From Octopus vulgaris (lineage: Eukaryota): a DNA stretch of 64,000 bases. The position numbers and the translations under genes were made by a program. Every line of letters begins with the position of its first letter. The first letter of the stretch is position 1. Positions 40,890-55,455 of this stretch are shown here, one piece after another. The stretch covers positions 97,278,001-97,342,000 of the forward strand of contig OX597815.1 in assembly GCA_951406725.2 (NCBI GenBank), given 5' to 3'. The notes below the pieces were generated by a model. The model had not been told where the DNA came from and did no database searches. It saw nothing but the letters and a program-made list of their open reading frames with translations.

Positions 40890-41746
40890 GTAAGTAATAA
40901 TTTTCTATAGTTAAATATGATATGTCTTTCTATCGATTCATATAAACAAAATAACTTTACTATCGCTCCAAACAAAACTTTCTTCTTGATATACGTATAA
41001 TTTCTCAAGCTATAATTACCTGTTTGAAAGATTCATAAATTTTGCTTTGAGGAATGATTGATGATCTGTAATGGAATTTAGCCTGGAAAATTTAATTTTG
41101 ACATAGATTGATATTTCACGTCTGCTCCAGTACGATGTTTTGCGGTGAAGGGTAACAGATCGCAGAAATCAGAATATTATTCATCGATGTGTTCAAAATC
41201 CCATTAAAGATGATATGAATCTCAAGTGCAACTTATATATATTTTTATTTCATGGCCTTTTTTATATAGCGTTATAGTTTTGGCTTATACGCACGCACAC
41301 ACACACAAACATATGCACACATGAGCGCATTGGTCATGTGCGTTTTAGCCATTCCATTATTCTATAAATCATTAATTTCATCTTTAAATTGTTCTTTCTA
41401 AATGATTTGTTTTTGCTGTATCAGATTCATCGGTTTACTTAATGTGTTCAGGTGTACAAAACATGCGCTTGAAATCCTTCTTTAACCAGACTTAATTTGA
41501 GGCAGGTTGATTTAAATAAAAATAAGGGAAATGGGTTCTTGCTAAGGTGCCCACATCACAAAGCTTTTGGGTGTGAGTGCGTGTATATGCGTATGCGTGC
41601 GTGTGTGTGTGTGAGTGAGTGAGTGCGTAGTACAATGAACTAACCAATAAAAATGGAACAGTGGAACAAAGCTTGAAATTATGACGTTGGCTTAATTTAT
41701 TAGAAAGAAGTGTAACCAGAGATAATGTCTTAGATTTGGGGAACGT

Positions 41747-41799
<53 letters not shown>

Positions 41800-42582
41800 T
41801 ACACGTATACATACATACTTGCATACAAGGATGCATGTATATATGTATAAATATCTACGCATGTATGCATGCATGTATATATATATATGCTGCAGTGCTC
41901 GCATTCCTCCTCTAAATCACAGAATGCCGGCGGCAAAACAATATCATAATACGAGTCCTTTGTAATCTGCTCTCCATCTCGCATATCAGATGGCAGGATT
42001 GCATTCCTGGCTTAGATGTCCTGCGCCGTACTTGGGCAGTTAGTGCCAAGTCCCTTAGTACCTTATTACAGCTGCGCTGGGTGGAAATGTTTTACAGGAG
42101 GACAACAACCACCCAACGATAGTTTGCTATGCCGAACTGCTTCTCCGAGGGCGGGGCCCTGGTAATTAGAGTTCGCAATGCAGGGATGTGCTGAAAAGAC
42201 ACATGAAGACCTGCGGCATCTTCCCAGACAAACGAGAGGGAAAGCTCTACGGCACGATGAATGGTGCCGATCATTTGAGGCCGTATTCCCAGCCTTTGTG
42301 GAGAAACAACAGATATAATACGAAAGAATGAGTAGAGAGCACAATATGAGAGACGTACATAAATGTAGGGAGGAATAAGTTTTAGAAGGGTGAAAAGGGA
42401 ACGGGAAGAAGATATAAGTGAGTGGGAGGAAGAAGGTAATTCGCTTGTAGCGTGAATGACGAGTTTCACATATTGTTGCTAAGTGAGATCTCAAGCGACG
42501 AGTTTAATTTCATTTTCTCCATGTCCGTGTCTTCCACACAGCGTTCACTAGATTATGAACAAGTGATATATAATTTTAAGAT

Positions 42583-43086
42583 CCCAGGATCGAGGTGTAG
42601 GAAGAAAGTTAGCTTCAAGCAATTCGTAGTAAATATATATAAAACAACAATTTTCAGGGACAATGGTAGTTTATGCAGACGGAATGTTGTGGTTTTGATT
42701 TTGTTTGTATCGAAGGACGATAAGCTGAAAAATAGTTCTTATATTCCACGGTAGGCGACCATGGTTGCCAGGTGTGCGAATAGGATAACAAGAGTTACAG
42801 AATAGTGTAAGTAAGGCCCGGCTACTTTGTTTCATAGCGGGCGGAGCTCCATATGTAGCCTGGGTCTTACCTACTCCTCTCCGTAACTCTTGTATTCTTA
42901 TACACATACTCGCCAACCCTGGTCGCCTACAGTAGAATATAAAAAGAACTTTTTTTCAGCTTATTGTTCTTCGATATGAAAAAAATGAACAACTCTCTAC
43001 TATTGTCCCTTAAAGTTGTTTGTTTTGTTTATACCTACTGCGGATTGCTTGAAGCTAACTTTCTTCCTACACCTCGATCCATGGGT
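42583..43086. mobile_element. ~500-bp foldback (MITE-like) element
   Basis: Outer 37 bp (ggatcgaggtgtaggaagaaagttagcttcaagcaat) perfectly inverted; imperfect pairing continues to a ~30-nt central loop near 42826-42854. Confidence 0.8.
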
Positions 43087-43620
<534 letters not shown>

Positions 43621-44889
43621 TGGTCAAGTTGAAAACAGAAACAGAGGAATGACAAAGAAAGGAAAAAAGAGATAAGAGATGAGAGAAAGAAAGAATTAAA
43701 GAGAAAGAAGAAAGCAAAATTAAAGAATAAATCCCTGACGGTATGAATAAAGAGAATAACGAAACGAAAACAGAAAAATTAAGATATAGGTTGGTCAGTG
43801 GAGGTAGTTTGAAAGCAGGAGTGGGGATAGAGAGAGAAAGGTATTATAGTATAAATGATAGAGGAATGGTGGGTTAAGAGGTAGAGGAAGTACTAAGCGT
43901 AGTAGTAGCTATTAATTGCGAGGCAAATATATGAAGAATTAAGAACTAAGGAAATAGCAGTGTTAATTATTCTGAGAAAATATTAATGTGAAGATGTATA
44001 TACATGTATGTTAGATAAGTTATAGAGATAAATTACAAATACATATGTGTACTATATTCTTCCCTAATTGTAAGATCCACAAAAAAGTACTCCATCTGGT
44101 GAGAGATAACTATTATTTAATAAACACAATATATATTTTGAGTTACTACTAGTTGATGCAGTGAAAGCAGCTCAGACAGCATTTTAACGTCTTCGATACG
44201 GCCTTCAAATTGTGCTCACTTGGCACAACAAGCTAAAAAAAGAAACAGGTCCATAAAATGAAAAAAAAACGAGAGAAGGCGGTAAAGATGTAGATTTAAG
44301 CTATGCTGGTGCGATAGAAGACATTTCTCTTCAGCCGTCTGCTCCGCTGTTCATAACTGTGGTCACTCCCACAGAGCGTCAAATTTATAGCACGATCTGA
44401 TGCTGTTCAGCGGTACTACGCCAAGGAGTTTGCATCAATGGAACGGCTGAACTACGGGATATGACTGAAAAAAAGCTACGATTGTACACCTCGGTGCGAT
44501 GAGGGTTGGCATCAAACTTTGGCATCCAGAATTATACCAATCCTCGAACTGGACGTCACTGAACGTTACCAAAGATTCCAGTACCTTCATCTACTCTGAT
44601 GCTGATATACTACAATAGCTCGGAATTTAAGTGCACACAGCTTTTAAATAACTTGACAAAAATAAGAAAACGGAATCTCCTGCTGCCCAGGTCCCTTGTG
44701 AGCTGGCATGACGACAAGAAATTCCAAAGAGGACAAGGATATCGAACTCCCTCCTTCACCATTAGTCAACCACATAAGAATGGGCATTGAAAATATGATA
44801 ATACTTTCTGTTTCCCAGGCATGGCCACTGCCTTTGGGCTGAACAGCACAAAAGAATAAAAGAATATATCCCTATCTATAATTACACAT

Positions 44890-46732
44890 GCATGTGTAAT
44901 GGGCCCCCAACTATGCGAACCGGGTCGTATTCTCTCAATCCACTGGCCCCACTCCCGAAATATACGGTCGTTATATCGGTGTCTGTATTGGCATGACCTC
45001 ACACTCACGCGAAGTAGACTCCTTTCTGTCTTTCGTATTCTCCCGCATTATCTCTAACTCTACCGTCGAATTTCTCGACATTTCTGTCAAAATACACCAC
45101 TCCGCTCTCACTACCTCCATCCACTATAAACACACTGACTCACACTCCTACCTTGACTTCTCCTCCTTACACCATACCGATACCAAGCTATCAATCCCTT
45201 GCTCCCAATTCCTCCGTCTGTGCAGGCTCTGAAGTGGCAATCATGAGTTTGAAACTAAGTCTCAACTCATGGCACGCCACTTCATCCTACGTGGATATCC
45301 CTCCTGCCCTTGCCAGGGCACGATCTGAGGAACATGCTTCCGCTCTTTCTCCTTGCACCGCCCCGCCGTGGCCCGTTTCTCGTTTTCCCTCACTTATAAC
45401 ACTCTTACTCCCTGCCCCTCAAACGCACTATTCTCTGAGATCCCGGATACTCCAGTCCGACGCCTCCACCTCCTACATCTTCCCCAATAAATCCCTTCCC
45501 TCTTTCAAACGAGCCCATAGCCTGTGTGAACTTCTGGTCCATATTTTCTTCCCTAACGCCACCTGCCAGCCTAGCTCATTCCCCTGCTCACACCCACGCT
45601 TTCACACCTACCCCTACCTCTCCAACACCACCATCGTCACAGGCATCCATCATTGTCCCTATCTCATCACCGACAACTTTACTTGCACTTCTAGTAACGT
45701 CATTTACTGCATCTCTTGCTCTCTCACTCTTACTCTCTCTCCTTCCCTGTACATCGGTCAAACGGGACGCTGCTTGACCGACCAATTACTGGTGCCCCTC
45801 CGAGACATCAAACTCTGCAATGATACCATTTCCGCTCTACGGGTCATTCGCTACGACATTTGTCTGTGTTCGGAGAGGCGATCCAGACACCCGCCTTCGC
45901 CGTGAACATTAATTAATCTTCTCTCTTCGATTCTTTGTGCTGAATGGGCTCAATTCACCTCCTCTCTGCATCTTCTCTCTTCATTTGACGTCAACCTCAT
46001 CTTCTCGCTTCATTTTATACCAATCTCACACCATTCCACACATATTGGCACTTAGCACTTACCAGCACCAACAAGAAACACCATCATTCGCACACTCACA
46101 CACAATATTCAATAGCGTCACCACTATATGAGCAGCCACAAACCCTATTTAACTCAGTACACACGCCACATATTATCATGCACACTCCCACACGTAACAT
46201 ACATAAGCAATGATAACTTTCGACCACCATACACGTGCACATTGTTTGGTCACAGACATACAGACGCGCACACACACACACATATACACACGCATGTGCA
46301 CACACCACGTAAAAAAGCAAACAATACACACACGTTACACAAGTACACACTCATACGCGTCAGAGTCACTCGCCCCAATTCACATGCACACAAATACACT
46401 CACACACACACACTGTTCCCATATACGCTCACACCACGTGAAACTTCTCTGGTTGCGATCACTAGCACTTTATTTACTCCCCGTGATTGAAACTATTTTT
46501 TTATTATCTCCGTTTTTTTTAGTCTCTTTTTTCCATTCATTCGCCATACTGGACCGCTGAAATCTAAAAGATTTTTTTTCACTCTCCCTCTCTGGTTATA
46601 TTCTCATATTCATTTCTGTTGAAGAGTGATGGCTTGAAACGTAAAAGATTTTTCTTTTTGCCCGAGCGTCAAACTAATACACTTGCTCGTTGTTCATACA
46701 CCTGTCTTCCTCTTTTGTTTTGCTATAAATTT
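44890..46732 (+). mobile_element. Degenerate Penelope-like retroelement (RT C-half, GIY-YIG, 3' pLTR)
   Basis: MGP.NYAN remnant, YGRYIGVCIG (decayed YIDD), VEFLDISV, HYKHTDSHSYLDFSS.H, KLSIPCSQFLRLCRL, FTCTSSNVIYCISCS..LYIGQTGRCL; hammerhead-like TTGAAGAG..GCTTGAAACGTA-AAAGA at about 46614-46650. Confidence 0.9.
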
Positions 46733-46823
46733 CAGCTACATATACATATATATATCATAATTACTGTATACATAATATTGTTTTGCATATTTACATAAAC
46801 AGAAACACACTTGCACCCCCCCC

Positions 46824-46869
<46 letters not shown>

Positions 46870-48616
46870 CTGAGAGAGAAATAAAGAAATAGAAAAGGTT
46901 AGGATTTCGTAGACTGATATATTTCTCGTAACAGCTGAACAAAACAACGAATGGCAAACATTCTTATATACAACATTTTCTTGAAAGACAACATGCTGAA
47001 AGCTGTAACACTTTTCGTTATACGTCTCATCCACCACTCTTGATATCTGGTTAAATATCAATGTAAAGGTTTTCTTTGTAAAATGCATTTTCCTTTGCGA
47101 TTCTAGATATTACTTATTATTTATTTTATTGTAATTAAGGATCTTACAATTACTACAATTATTTTTTATGCCTTTTAGATTTCAGTTTTGAGTTATTATC
47201 ACTGAAGCGATAAATTTACATATCGAAAAGCTTTGTCGCTTATATTTTCCATAGCATTAATGTTGATGTCATTCCAATGTATTTTTCGTATATATTCAAC
47301 ATAGTTACCCGTAAGATTTTTTCATACATACATAAATGCCATCAATACTTTTAGATTTACGTTGATATACACATGAATTCCTCCTTATACTAGTTTACCC
47401 TTTTGGTATTTCTATATGTAATTTAGATAAAAATTATATGGCTTTTCTATTAAATGTTCTTATTTCTATATTACTTTATTTCAAGTTTCCACTATATTTT
47501 TAGAATTTAAATATTATTTCCATATAGTTTGCTGTATGTATTTCACTTTTACAAATGACTTGTTATTGCTAAGTTGATCAGGCACAGTACTTTACAGATT
47601 GTAGATGCATGATGCTAAGAAAAGAATGTTTAAATAGCGAAACAACTTTTTCTTACAACTTTAAATTTCCTCAGGGAAAATTCATTCGCTAGCAATAGAA
47701 ATTCAATTTCTTTTCATTTTCCCTTGCTATTTTAGTGTTAACTGCTTTGCATATGTTATATATTTTGGAAAAGAAATAATTACCAAAAGCATCAACGTGT
47801 TCGTTTTGAGATTTATTTAAAAATGAGGAAAATTTTACACTTACAATTCTCATAAAATTATTGCTTTGGGGGAATGTTTATGTTATCCAAACAGGAACTA
47901 ATTTTAGACTAAAGAGCTACATATACTCATTGGCAGTGTTCTTTGTTTAATTTATTTTCAATTCTCTAAACAAACTATTTCAAACTAAATTGCATTTGTC
48001 TTTTCCTTTATTGTTGATCACATTCTTAAACTATAATGCCATACCAAAGTCTGTCAAGAATTGTTTATATTAGACGTTTTCAGTAATATTTAGGTATTTT
48101 AGCTTTCCCATAACGAGTAGATTAAAATTTCAACTATTATCTGTTTTGTTCTGAATAGATTTTTTGTAAAGTAAAGTCATACAGTAATTGTGAACACTCA
48201 TAGGTTATATTTATGAATTCTAATCAAGCCTTAATTTGTAATTAAAATTCAGGTCAGGCAGGGAAATTGAATACATTTTTGAGGGAAAATTTCATTTCAG
48301 CATATAAAGTAATCTAATCTTCTGTATTCATAAATGAAACAAGCAGCATGGGAACTAATCGCAAGCGAGTATGCTGGTTATTTGTATAATACTTCAAGCG
48401 CATATTAAAGTGTTTGAAATTAGTTCAACCGTAACGCTATTGACTTCAAATCTGGTAATAAGTAAAGACTTGCCATATTCATATTTATTCAAAAGAATTA
48501 AAGGAACCCTTTCACACATACTTAAATACATACATAAATGCATATATACATACATAAGTATGAATATACACTCGTGCATACACACACAAAAAGCAACGTG
48601 TGTTATATGTACATGC

Positions 48617-48765
48617 AGGTGTGGCGGTGTGGTAGGAAGCTTGCTTCCCAAACACATGGTTCAAGGTGTTCAGACACACTGCATGGCATCTTGCGAAGCT
48701 GCCTCTACTATGGCCCCGGGCCAACCAAAGATATGGGTTTGATGTGCGTGTCTCTGTGTGTTTGC
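48617..48765 (+). mobile_element. SINE family A, 5' part
   Basis: aggtgtggcggtgtggtaggaagcttgcttccc..ctactatggccccgggccaaccaaag. Confidence 0.75.
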
Positions 48766-48876
48766 ATGTAGATACATACATACGTATATGCATATATATA
48801 TATATAAACATATATATATATATATACATGCGTGTGTGTGTGTATACATGTATACACACATGCACACACACAAGCA

Positions 48877-48947
<71 letters not shown>

Positions 48948-48951
<4 letters not shown>

Positions 48952-49130
48952 TCGTTTAATGTTCGCTTTCCATGCTAGCATAGGTTGGACGATTTGCCTG
49001 AGGACTGGCAAACCAGATGGCTACACCAGGCTCCAATCTGATCTGACAGTGTTTCTACAGCTGGATGCCCTTCCTAACGCCAACCACTCCGAGAGTGTAA
49101 TGGATGCTTTTACGTGCCACCAACACGGAA
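48948..49130 (-). mobile_element. SINE/LINE-tail family C
   Basis: Matches 24977-25200. Confidence 0.8.
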
Positions 49131-51229
49131 AGTATCAAGCGATTAAGATTTACCAACGTGCCAACTTACGTTTGACTTTATGATTTTATGACCTTGTAAA
49201 TGTCACAACGTGGGAGAAACAATCAAAATTTGATACAGTATTGTATATTGAAATATTTCCAAGTTACCACGCATTCCGCATAGTTAACATCACGTCGTCA
49301 TTTCTTCTCTTTTGAAACAAGAAAAAATGCATTGGTCAACTCAAAGTTTATAGAGTAGTTGTTTACACTATGAATGTCTGCATATAACATAACTGGAATT
49401 ACTTATATATACATCTATGCGGTTGCGTATTTTATCGTTTGCTAATGAAGGTGTACATTTCAGAAATACATAAAACTTTTATTGAAATCAAATTCTGTAT
49501 AATATTATTAGTTCCATTTCAGTTTTTCTACAATATAAATATATTCTTTTTAGAATATAAAAACTTTTTTTATGTTTCTGTATATAGCACCAAAAATGAA
49601 ATATTTTTGTAAAGTGTACTTTTTATTCATGAAATGAAACACAAATTCAATAAAAAAAAATGCCATTGTTTATGTTTTGACTTTCTTTTAATCGAATTAT
49701 TGATACATATTGTGAAGAGAACCACATTTCTCTACTACAAAAAAAGTCTAAATCAATTATAGTAGGAAAGCTACAAATAATACTTCAGCTACAGGAATCG
49801 AAAGTGTCTGTATTAAATGTTTGATGTTTAGTTTTTAACATTTTAGCACCCTTCCAAAGTTTGCTTGAGTTGACCTATGCTCAAAGACATTACATCTTAT
49901 CTTTCCACTTTTATAATATCTAGCAATTCCTTATTTCAATTTGGGAGGTGTGATTTGTAATCGACGGGTCTCGTACAAGTTTTTTAATGAGTTAATGTTA
50001 CTGCTTACTTCTGCTCTATGTGGTATTTTCCCGGATGGCGCATAGCATAGATTGTCTCAATGCTCCATTAATATAGATCCTGTGAATGAAAGCAATGGTG
50101 CATTGCATAATGTTTTATTATGAATAATTGTGCTGATAAACGCTACAAGACAGGGTAAAATTAATTTTCGTTATATCAATGAACGGTCAAAATTAGTAAC
50201 ATAATCGATACACCATGGGATGCCAACAAAATATAAATCCCTTATACTCTGTAATATGTAGGCTCTTCATCTCTGAAAAAATTATCAAAAGAGTAGAAGC
50301 GGCGCCGGAATGAAATATATTTATGTGTGTTTATTAATGGCTGAATAATGCTCCCGAGATACTACAAAATATGTTTAATCACAAGAGTTCACATCAAGAA
50401 TTTTATAAACAAAACACTGTTAATTAAACTTCTTGTCGAAAAGGAAAATAACTTCATTACTGCAAAACAAATAATTTATGCTAAGTAGCTATTATGAAGA
50501 ATTATATTTCAAAACTTTCTGTTATTCCTCTATAAGTCTGCCTATCTCTGACTCCATAAAACAGTTGCTGATCATAAAAAAACCGTTATAATTGCACTGG
50601 ACAATTATTAATCATTTCTGTATCGCGACAGAATACATATGTATATGAAGGTGATGACAGAAAAATGTGTAAATTTCATGTAAGAAGAGGCGAATAAAAT
50701 AATGCTCGTTATTTAGTGGACAGCTTTTATTTGTCAAACAAATACCCTAGGGGAACACTTTTGAATGGAAGTTTTGTTGGGAATACTTTTCACTTCATGT
50801 TTACTAAATTTGGCATGTTTATTTCGAAATTAAAGTCAGGTTTCTTCGATGACATCAATTTATTTTTCTACAGCTTTATCTCCGAATAACAGCTATTGAA
50901 TTGTTTCACCATAAGTAATATGACATGTCAGCTACTTATATTCTTTTATTGAGTGCATTGGGTAAAACTTGTTTTAAATTTTTAGTTGTATTCTTTTTTA
51001 AAATTTACTCCTACCTACTTTGAGGTGTTGGGTTAAGAAATGCTCACAGAAAATTTTATCACGCTAAAAGTTTTGTTAAACAAGAATTCATTTCATATTA
51101 CGAAAACCAAATTGTACCTTTTATTGCTTAACAAATATAGGACACAAATTGTTTAATTATACATCTTAGAAAAACTATTTCTCCCAAACAAGAGTTTCAG
51201 CTACCCAAGGAGTGAACATGCACCGCAAC

Positions 51230-51830
51230 AGTTCCTTTGAAGAGGTCAGCAGTAAACAGCCATCATGTGTGTTTTTCATCTGCCTTCATACCTAATCTCC
51301 ATGGTTTTGATATTGTGGTGGAATCTTTCTCCTTGCTCATCACTTTTGGCACTATGATTTTCAGGCAATTAATCCAGATAACTGTGTACTTTTACAATCA
51401 TGTTGCAACCCAGTACTCAAAAGCTGATTAATAGGACCTGCACAATTTCTTTATAGATCGATGGCTTTCTATTTCTCAGAAAATAAGACACAACTGTATC
51501 AAAGGTATTCTATGCTTCTTTTTCAACGTTAAAATGGTCTCTAGCAATAGCCACCTAATCTGTGGCCCTTCAAACATACCAAAATTCATTTTGTTACAAG
51601 ACAAACCTGGAAACATTCTGCATAAGTCTTTGAAACAGTCACTGTCTCAGTGTTTCCACATGTTTTGCATAATTATATAGAGTACCCCCGGCTTTGTCTG
51701 CATCACCTGGTTTCATGTCACAATAAATAAGGCAAGCTTTCTTAAAAAACCTGTGATTTTTTTTCGCTGCTTAAGTTAAATGTAACATCCACAAATATAG
51801 CAGAAGATACTGGGGCGTTCGTTTTACAAT
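51230..51830 (-). pseudogene. Internally deleted Chapaev-like (CMC group) DNA transposase remnant
   Basis: N-terminal FCYICG..KQRKKITGF..GDADK..CKTC.ETLRQ joined directly to C-terminal DCFKDLCRMFPGLS..GMFEGPQIR..LGCNMIVKVH..SDEQGERFHHNIKTMEIRYEGR*..MMAVYC*; many stops and frameshifts. The family name is from memory of these motifs. Confidence 0.7.
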
Positions 51831-54800
51831 TGGGCATATTTCTGAAGCATGAAACATATATTCAAGCCAGTTGTCACCTTGGGCAAGAATTTTCAGAATT
51901 GCTATAAGTTATAAAGTGAGCAAATGCAGTTCTTCTACAGTTCTTTGACCAGGTTTGACACAAAGTTACCTTTGACATATATGACCATACATACAATTAA
52001 GAGCACATTCAAAATACCACATTTTATAAGAAATATCTACAGTTTTAACAAAACATGCCTCACACGGTTTGCAATGATAATCACACAGCGTGCGCATACC
52101 CGAGACATATATGATTTCAAAGATCACAGAAATTATTTGTTTATTAACATCTAATTCTATAAAAAATATTTCTGTCATCATCATTACCTTCAAAACTGCT
52201 CAGATAGAAAATAGTGATAATTACTTAAGTTGGATGCTTTTAATGTACGGAAGATACTTAAATTATGACTTTTGCTTTCACTTTTATAGTTATATTTACT
52301 TTAAAATGATATTGAAAAACTATGCTTTCAAAGTTACGTCAAACTCCATACATTGGTCTTCTTTTGATGTAGCAAAATTAATCCGTTGAAATGGTGATAA
52401 TGTCGGAGATGTTGAAATATGGACAAATGGGTTGACGTGAAATTTTAGGATTGATCAAAATGAATTTCATCTTTGAAATCAACACCGCAAAATTGCTAGA
52501 AAACATGTCTCCATCACCAGACAGCAAAAAATCACTTTTACCAGTTTGAAAACTGACATCATAGGCATACGCACTCCCCCATTCAATCACATCGTTTCCA
52601 GGATTATAATTCATTACTACATAGACATTTTAGTGTACTTTGATGATAGTCTGACAGTGTTAATATCGTACTGAACGAGTGGTAGAAATTACGCTAAATA
52701 TGTCATTGCGAAATTTACTTCAACGTCTCAGATAGAATGACATGAGTATATAACGGAGGTGGGCATAGTTTCCCTAATTGTAAAGAACCTTTTAGACGGT
52801 AAAGCGAATATTTTGTGTGATAGTGAATGATACAATATCTATTGCGTCCACTAATATTAATGGCACATTACAATATTAAGCAACAACAAATCACTGAGTA
52901 TTCTTTCGAACTTTTAGGAAAGTAACTATAAAATAGAACATAAAAATATATTATTGAACACCTTATAGATTATCTAAAAAAAAACAATAATGTTCGGCGT
53001 TAGGTAGACATTTTGTGAAAGGAATATCGAAGTATTATTGAACATTTTAAATTAGTGCAATTTATATTGAATATTTCCAGTACAGTGGCAAATTTAGAAA
53101 AGCATCAAAAGTGAAGTTTCTTTTTATATAATCATGAGCAATTTTGCCTTCTGTGCTATTATGTAATGATTTTAAATACGATTAACTATATAATATTGCA
53201 GTGTATATTAATTACGATTGACTTCATGTAATAAATATGTGTCTTTGCTGATACATTTATCCTATATGTTTGCATCTTAACAACATATATAGTAACAAAC
53301 ACACGTTTGATTTGTAATGGCTGAGATAGAAAAGAAAAATCGATAGACTCGCAACAAAGAATGTGTAGTAATATGTACTTATGAGGAAGCCTAATACTAG
53401 AGACCTACTCTGAATCGCCATAACAAATAGGACACCAATGCTAATACATAGGAATTCAATGACCAAGTGGAAGTGTTAAGACAATCAAAGTTTTAGACCG
53501 ACATTAGGCTTTATCTGTGATCATGATTTCTTTTTACTTTTTTCATTATTCCTGGATTTATAAAATAAAGCATGTGTAACTACTGAGATCGTTTAGACCT
53601 ACTGCAAAATTTTCAACATGTCCAAAGGCCAGAAATCCTCATGTTGTTTGTACTGGAAGAGTTTATATAGATTATGACACATGTGTTATATTAATTCTTA
53701 CCCTCCGAATAGGTTTCTTAACAAACAAAGTGAATATTCACTGTGATGGTAATTCTTGACAATTAAACGTTACTCTTGGCAATATTATTTACACAAACAG
53801 AATACGAGGATTATATTCATCTCAATCTTAAGAGTGAATCACAGTGTCATTGTTTCGAGTGTTCAGGATGTCAGTGATATAATAGAACATAACTTTATTC
53901 CAGCAGTAACTGAATTATTTAATTAGAACCAACTAGCTCTAAGGCTATAAAATGCAAAAATAAAGGTGTAGAAATACCAAAATAATTTTTACTGTGAAAC
54001 AATAAGAATCATAATAGTATCGTAGCACATCACATAGAAAACACACGAAGAAAACATTATAATGACGCACAAGTTTAGAAAATTGAAATGGAGAGAATCT
54101 TTCACATACATCACGCCGTAGTTATTTTAGTTACTTCTCTACTTTTTGTTATTTCCCTCCATTCAAGTTGTTTATTTTTTTCAATATTCTACGATAAAAT
54201 AACATGGTTCGTATCAGTTATCACAAGTTAACATTAGGCTTAATTTAATTGAAATATAATTGTTTGATACAATCCTTCAAAATATGACACTCCTATTTAC
54301 CTTACTCTACAACTTACACATCTTACGATTTTGAAGATAATTCAACGATTCAACAATATTTCTAAAAAAGATCAACAATTAAAATGTATTTCTGAGAATG
54401 AAGTATTGTATCACTTTATTATTACTTCTTGGTGGATGTATTATTATACTAAAAAATAGCAAAGTTGTGTGTATCTATATAGTTGCATTCTTTTCATGTT
54501 TTATTGCAAAAGAACACCTCAGACTTTACATAATGTTAAATATTTTCAGTCTTATGTTATCGTTGAACACTTTTTTCTCTGTACCTTTTGTGCACGAATT
54601 TCTATTTATTTAATATTTTAGAGCAATAGAAGCAAATATATATTTACTTTGCCACAGGCTTCACCGAAATGAGCATAAACATGACTCATACTCTACGCTT
54701 ATATGTATACATATATGTGTGTGTGAGAATAAGAAAATACAAAAAGGATAGAGCATTAGACTATTATGAATAATTAACAAAGCCATCATACAGCCCATGG

Positions 54801-55179
54801 TTTCGAAATACAGTTATGAGTTGTTTGGAGTTAATAGCAGTTATTCAAGGATTCTTGATATCTTTAGCCTGGTCACAAAATCAAAGTTGCATGAAACGAT
54901 CTATATTGGTTTTTTGAACAATACTGTGTATTGCCTATTAAATACTGATATGCCAACCACTGAAGTCTGGAAGATTATTGTTCGTGAAAAATATTTGAAT
55001 TCACAACACAAAGTATCAAAATGTGGAGAACTGGTGTTAAATAGAAACACATAGTTTCGTAAATTTTACTGCTTTCATTTTCTATGCATATTCAACGCAT
55101 GTAAAATGAAACGGTACGTGGGTACATATAATTATATGTATGGTAGTAGATAACTTATTTAGTAATACACTATTGACTC

Positions 55180-55208
55180 TGCTGCTGCTACTGTTACTAC
55201 TACTACTG

Positions 55209-55253
<45 letters not shown>
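55180..55253. repeat. (CTA)n trinucleotide repeat
   Basis: Read directly. Confidence 0.9.
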
Positions 55254-55254
<1 letters not shown>

Positions 55255-55455
55255 ACACACACTCGTATAAATTCATATGTAGATAGAAATGAAATCAAAA
55301 TACGTTAGGATAACCAATATACAAAGATGATAAAACAATACATTACCTAGATCTTGTACCTCTATGATTATGACCACCTTCCAATTCTACGTACTCTCCA
55401 TTAATCTACTTAACTGGTTCAAGTTTGAAGGTCGCCTTGAGCTACTCATTGATAC

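Noticed and set aside
52378-52614. 78-aa minus-strand ORF with protein-like composition
   Set aside because: No recognisable homology; it overlaps the probable subterminal region of the Chapaev-like element.
55364-55455. N-terminus of the 714-aa ORF as a real start
   Set aside because: It lies outside the candidate TSD; the LINE is 5'-truncated and lacks the endonuclease, so the ATG is fortuitous.
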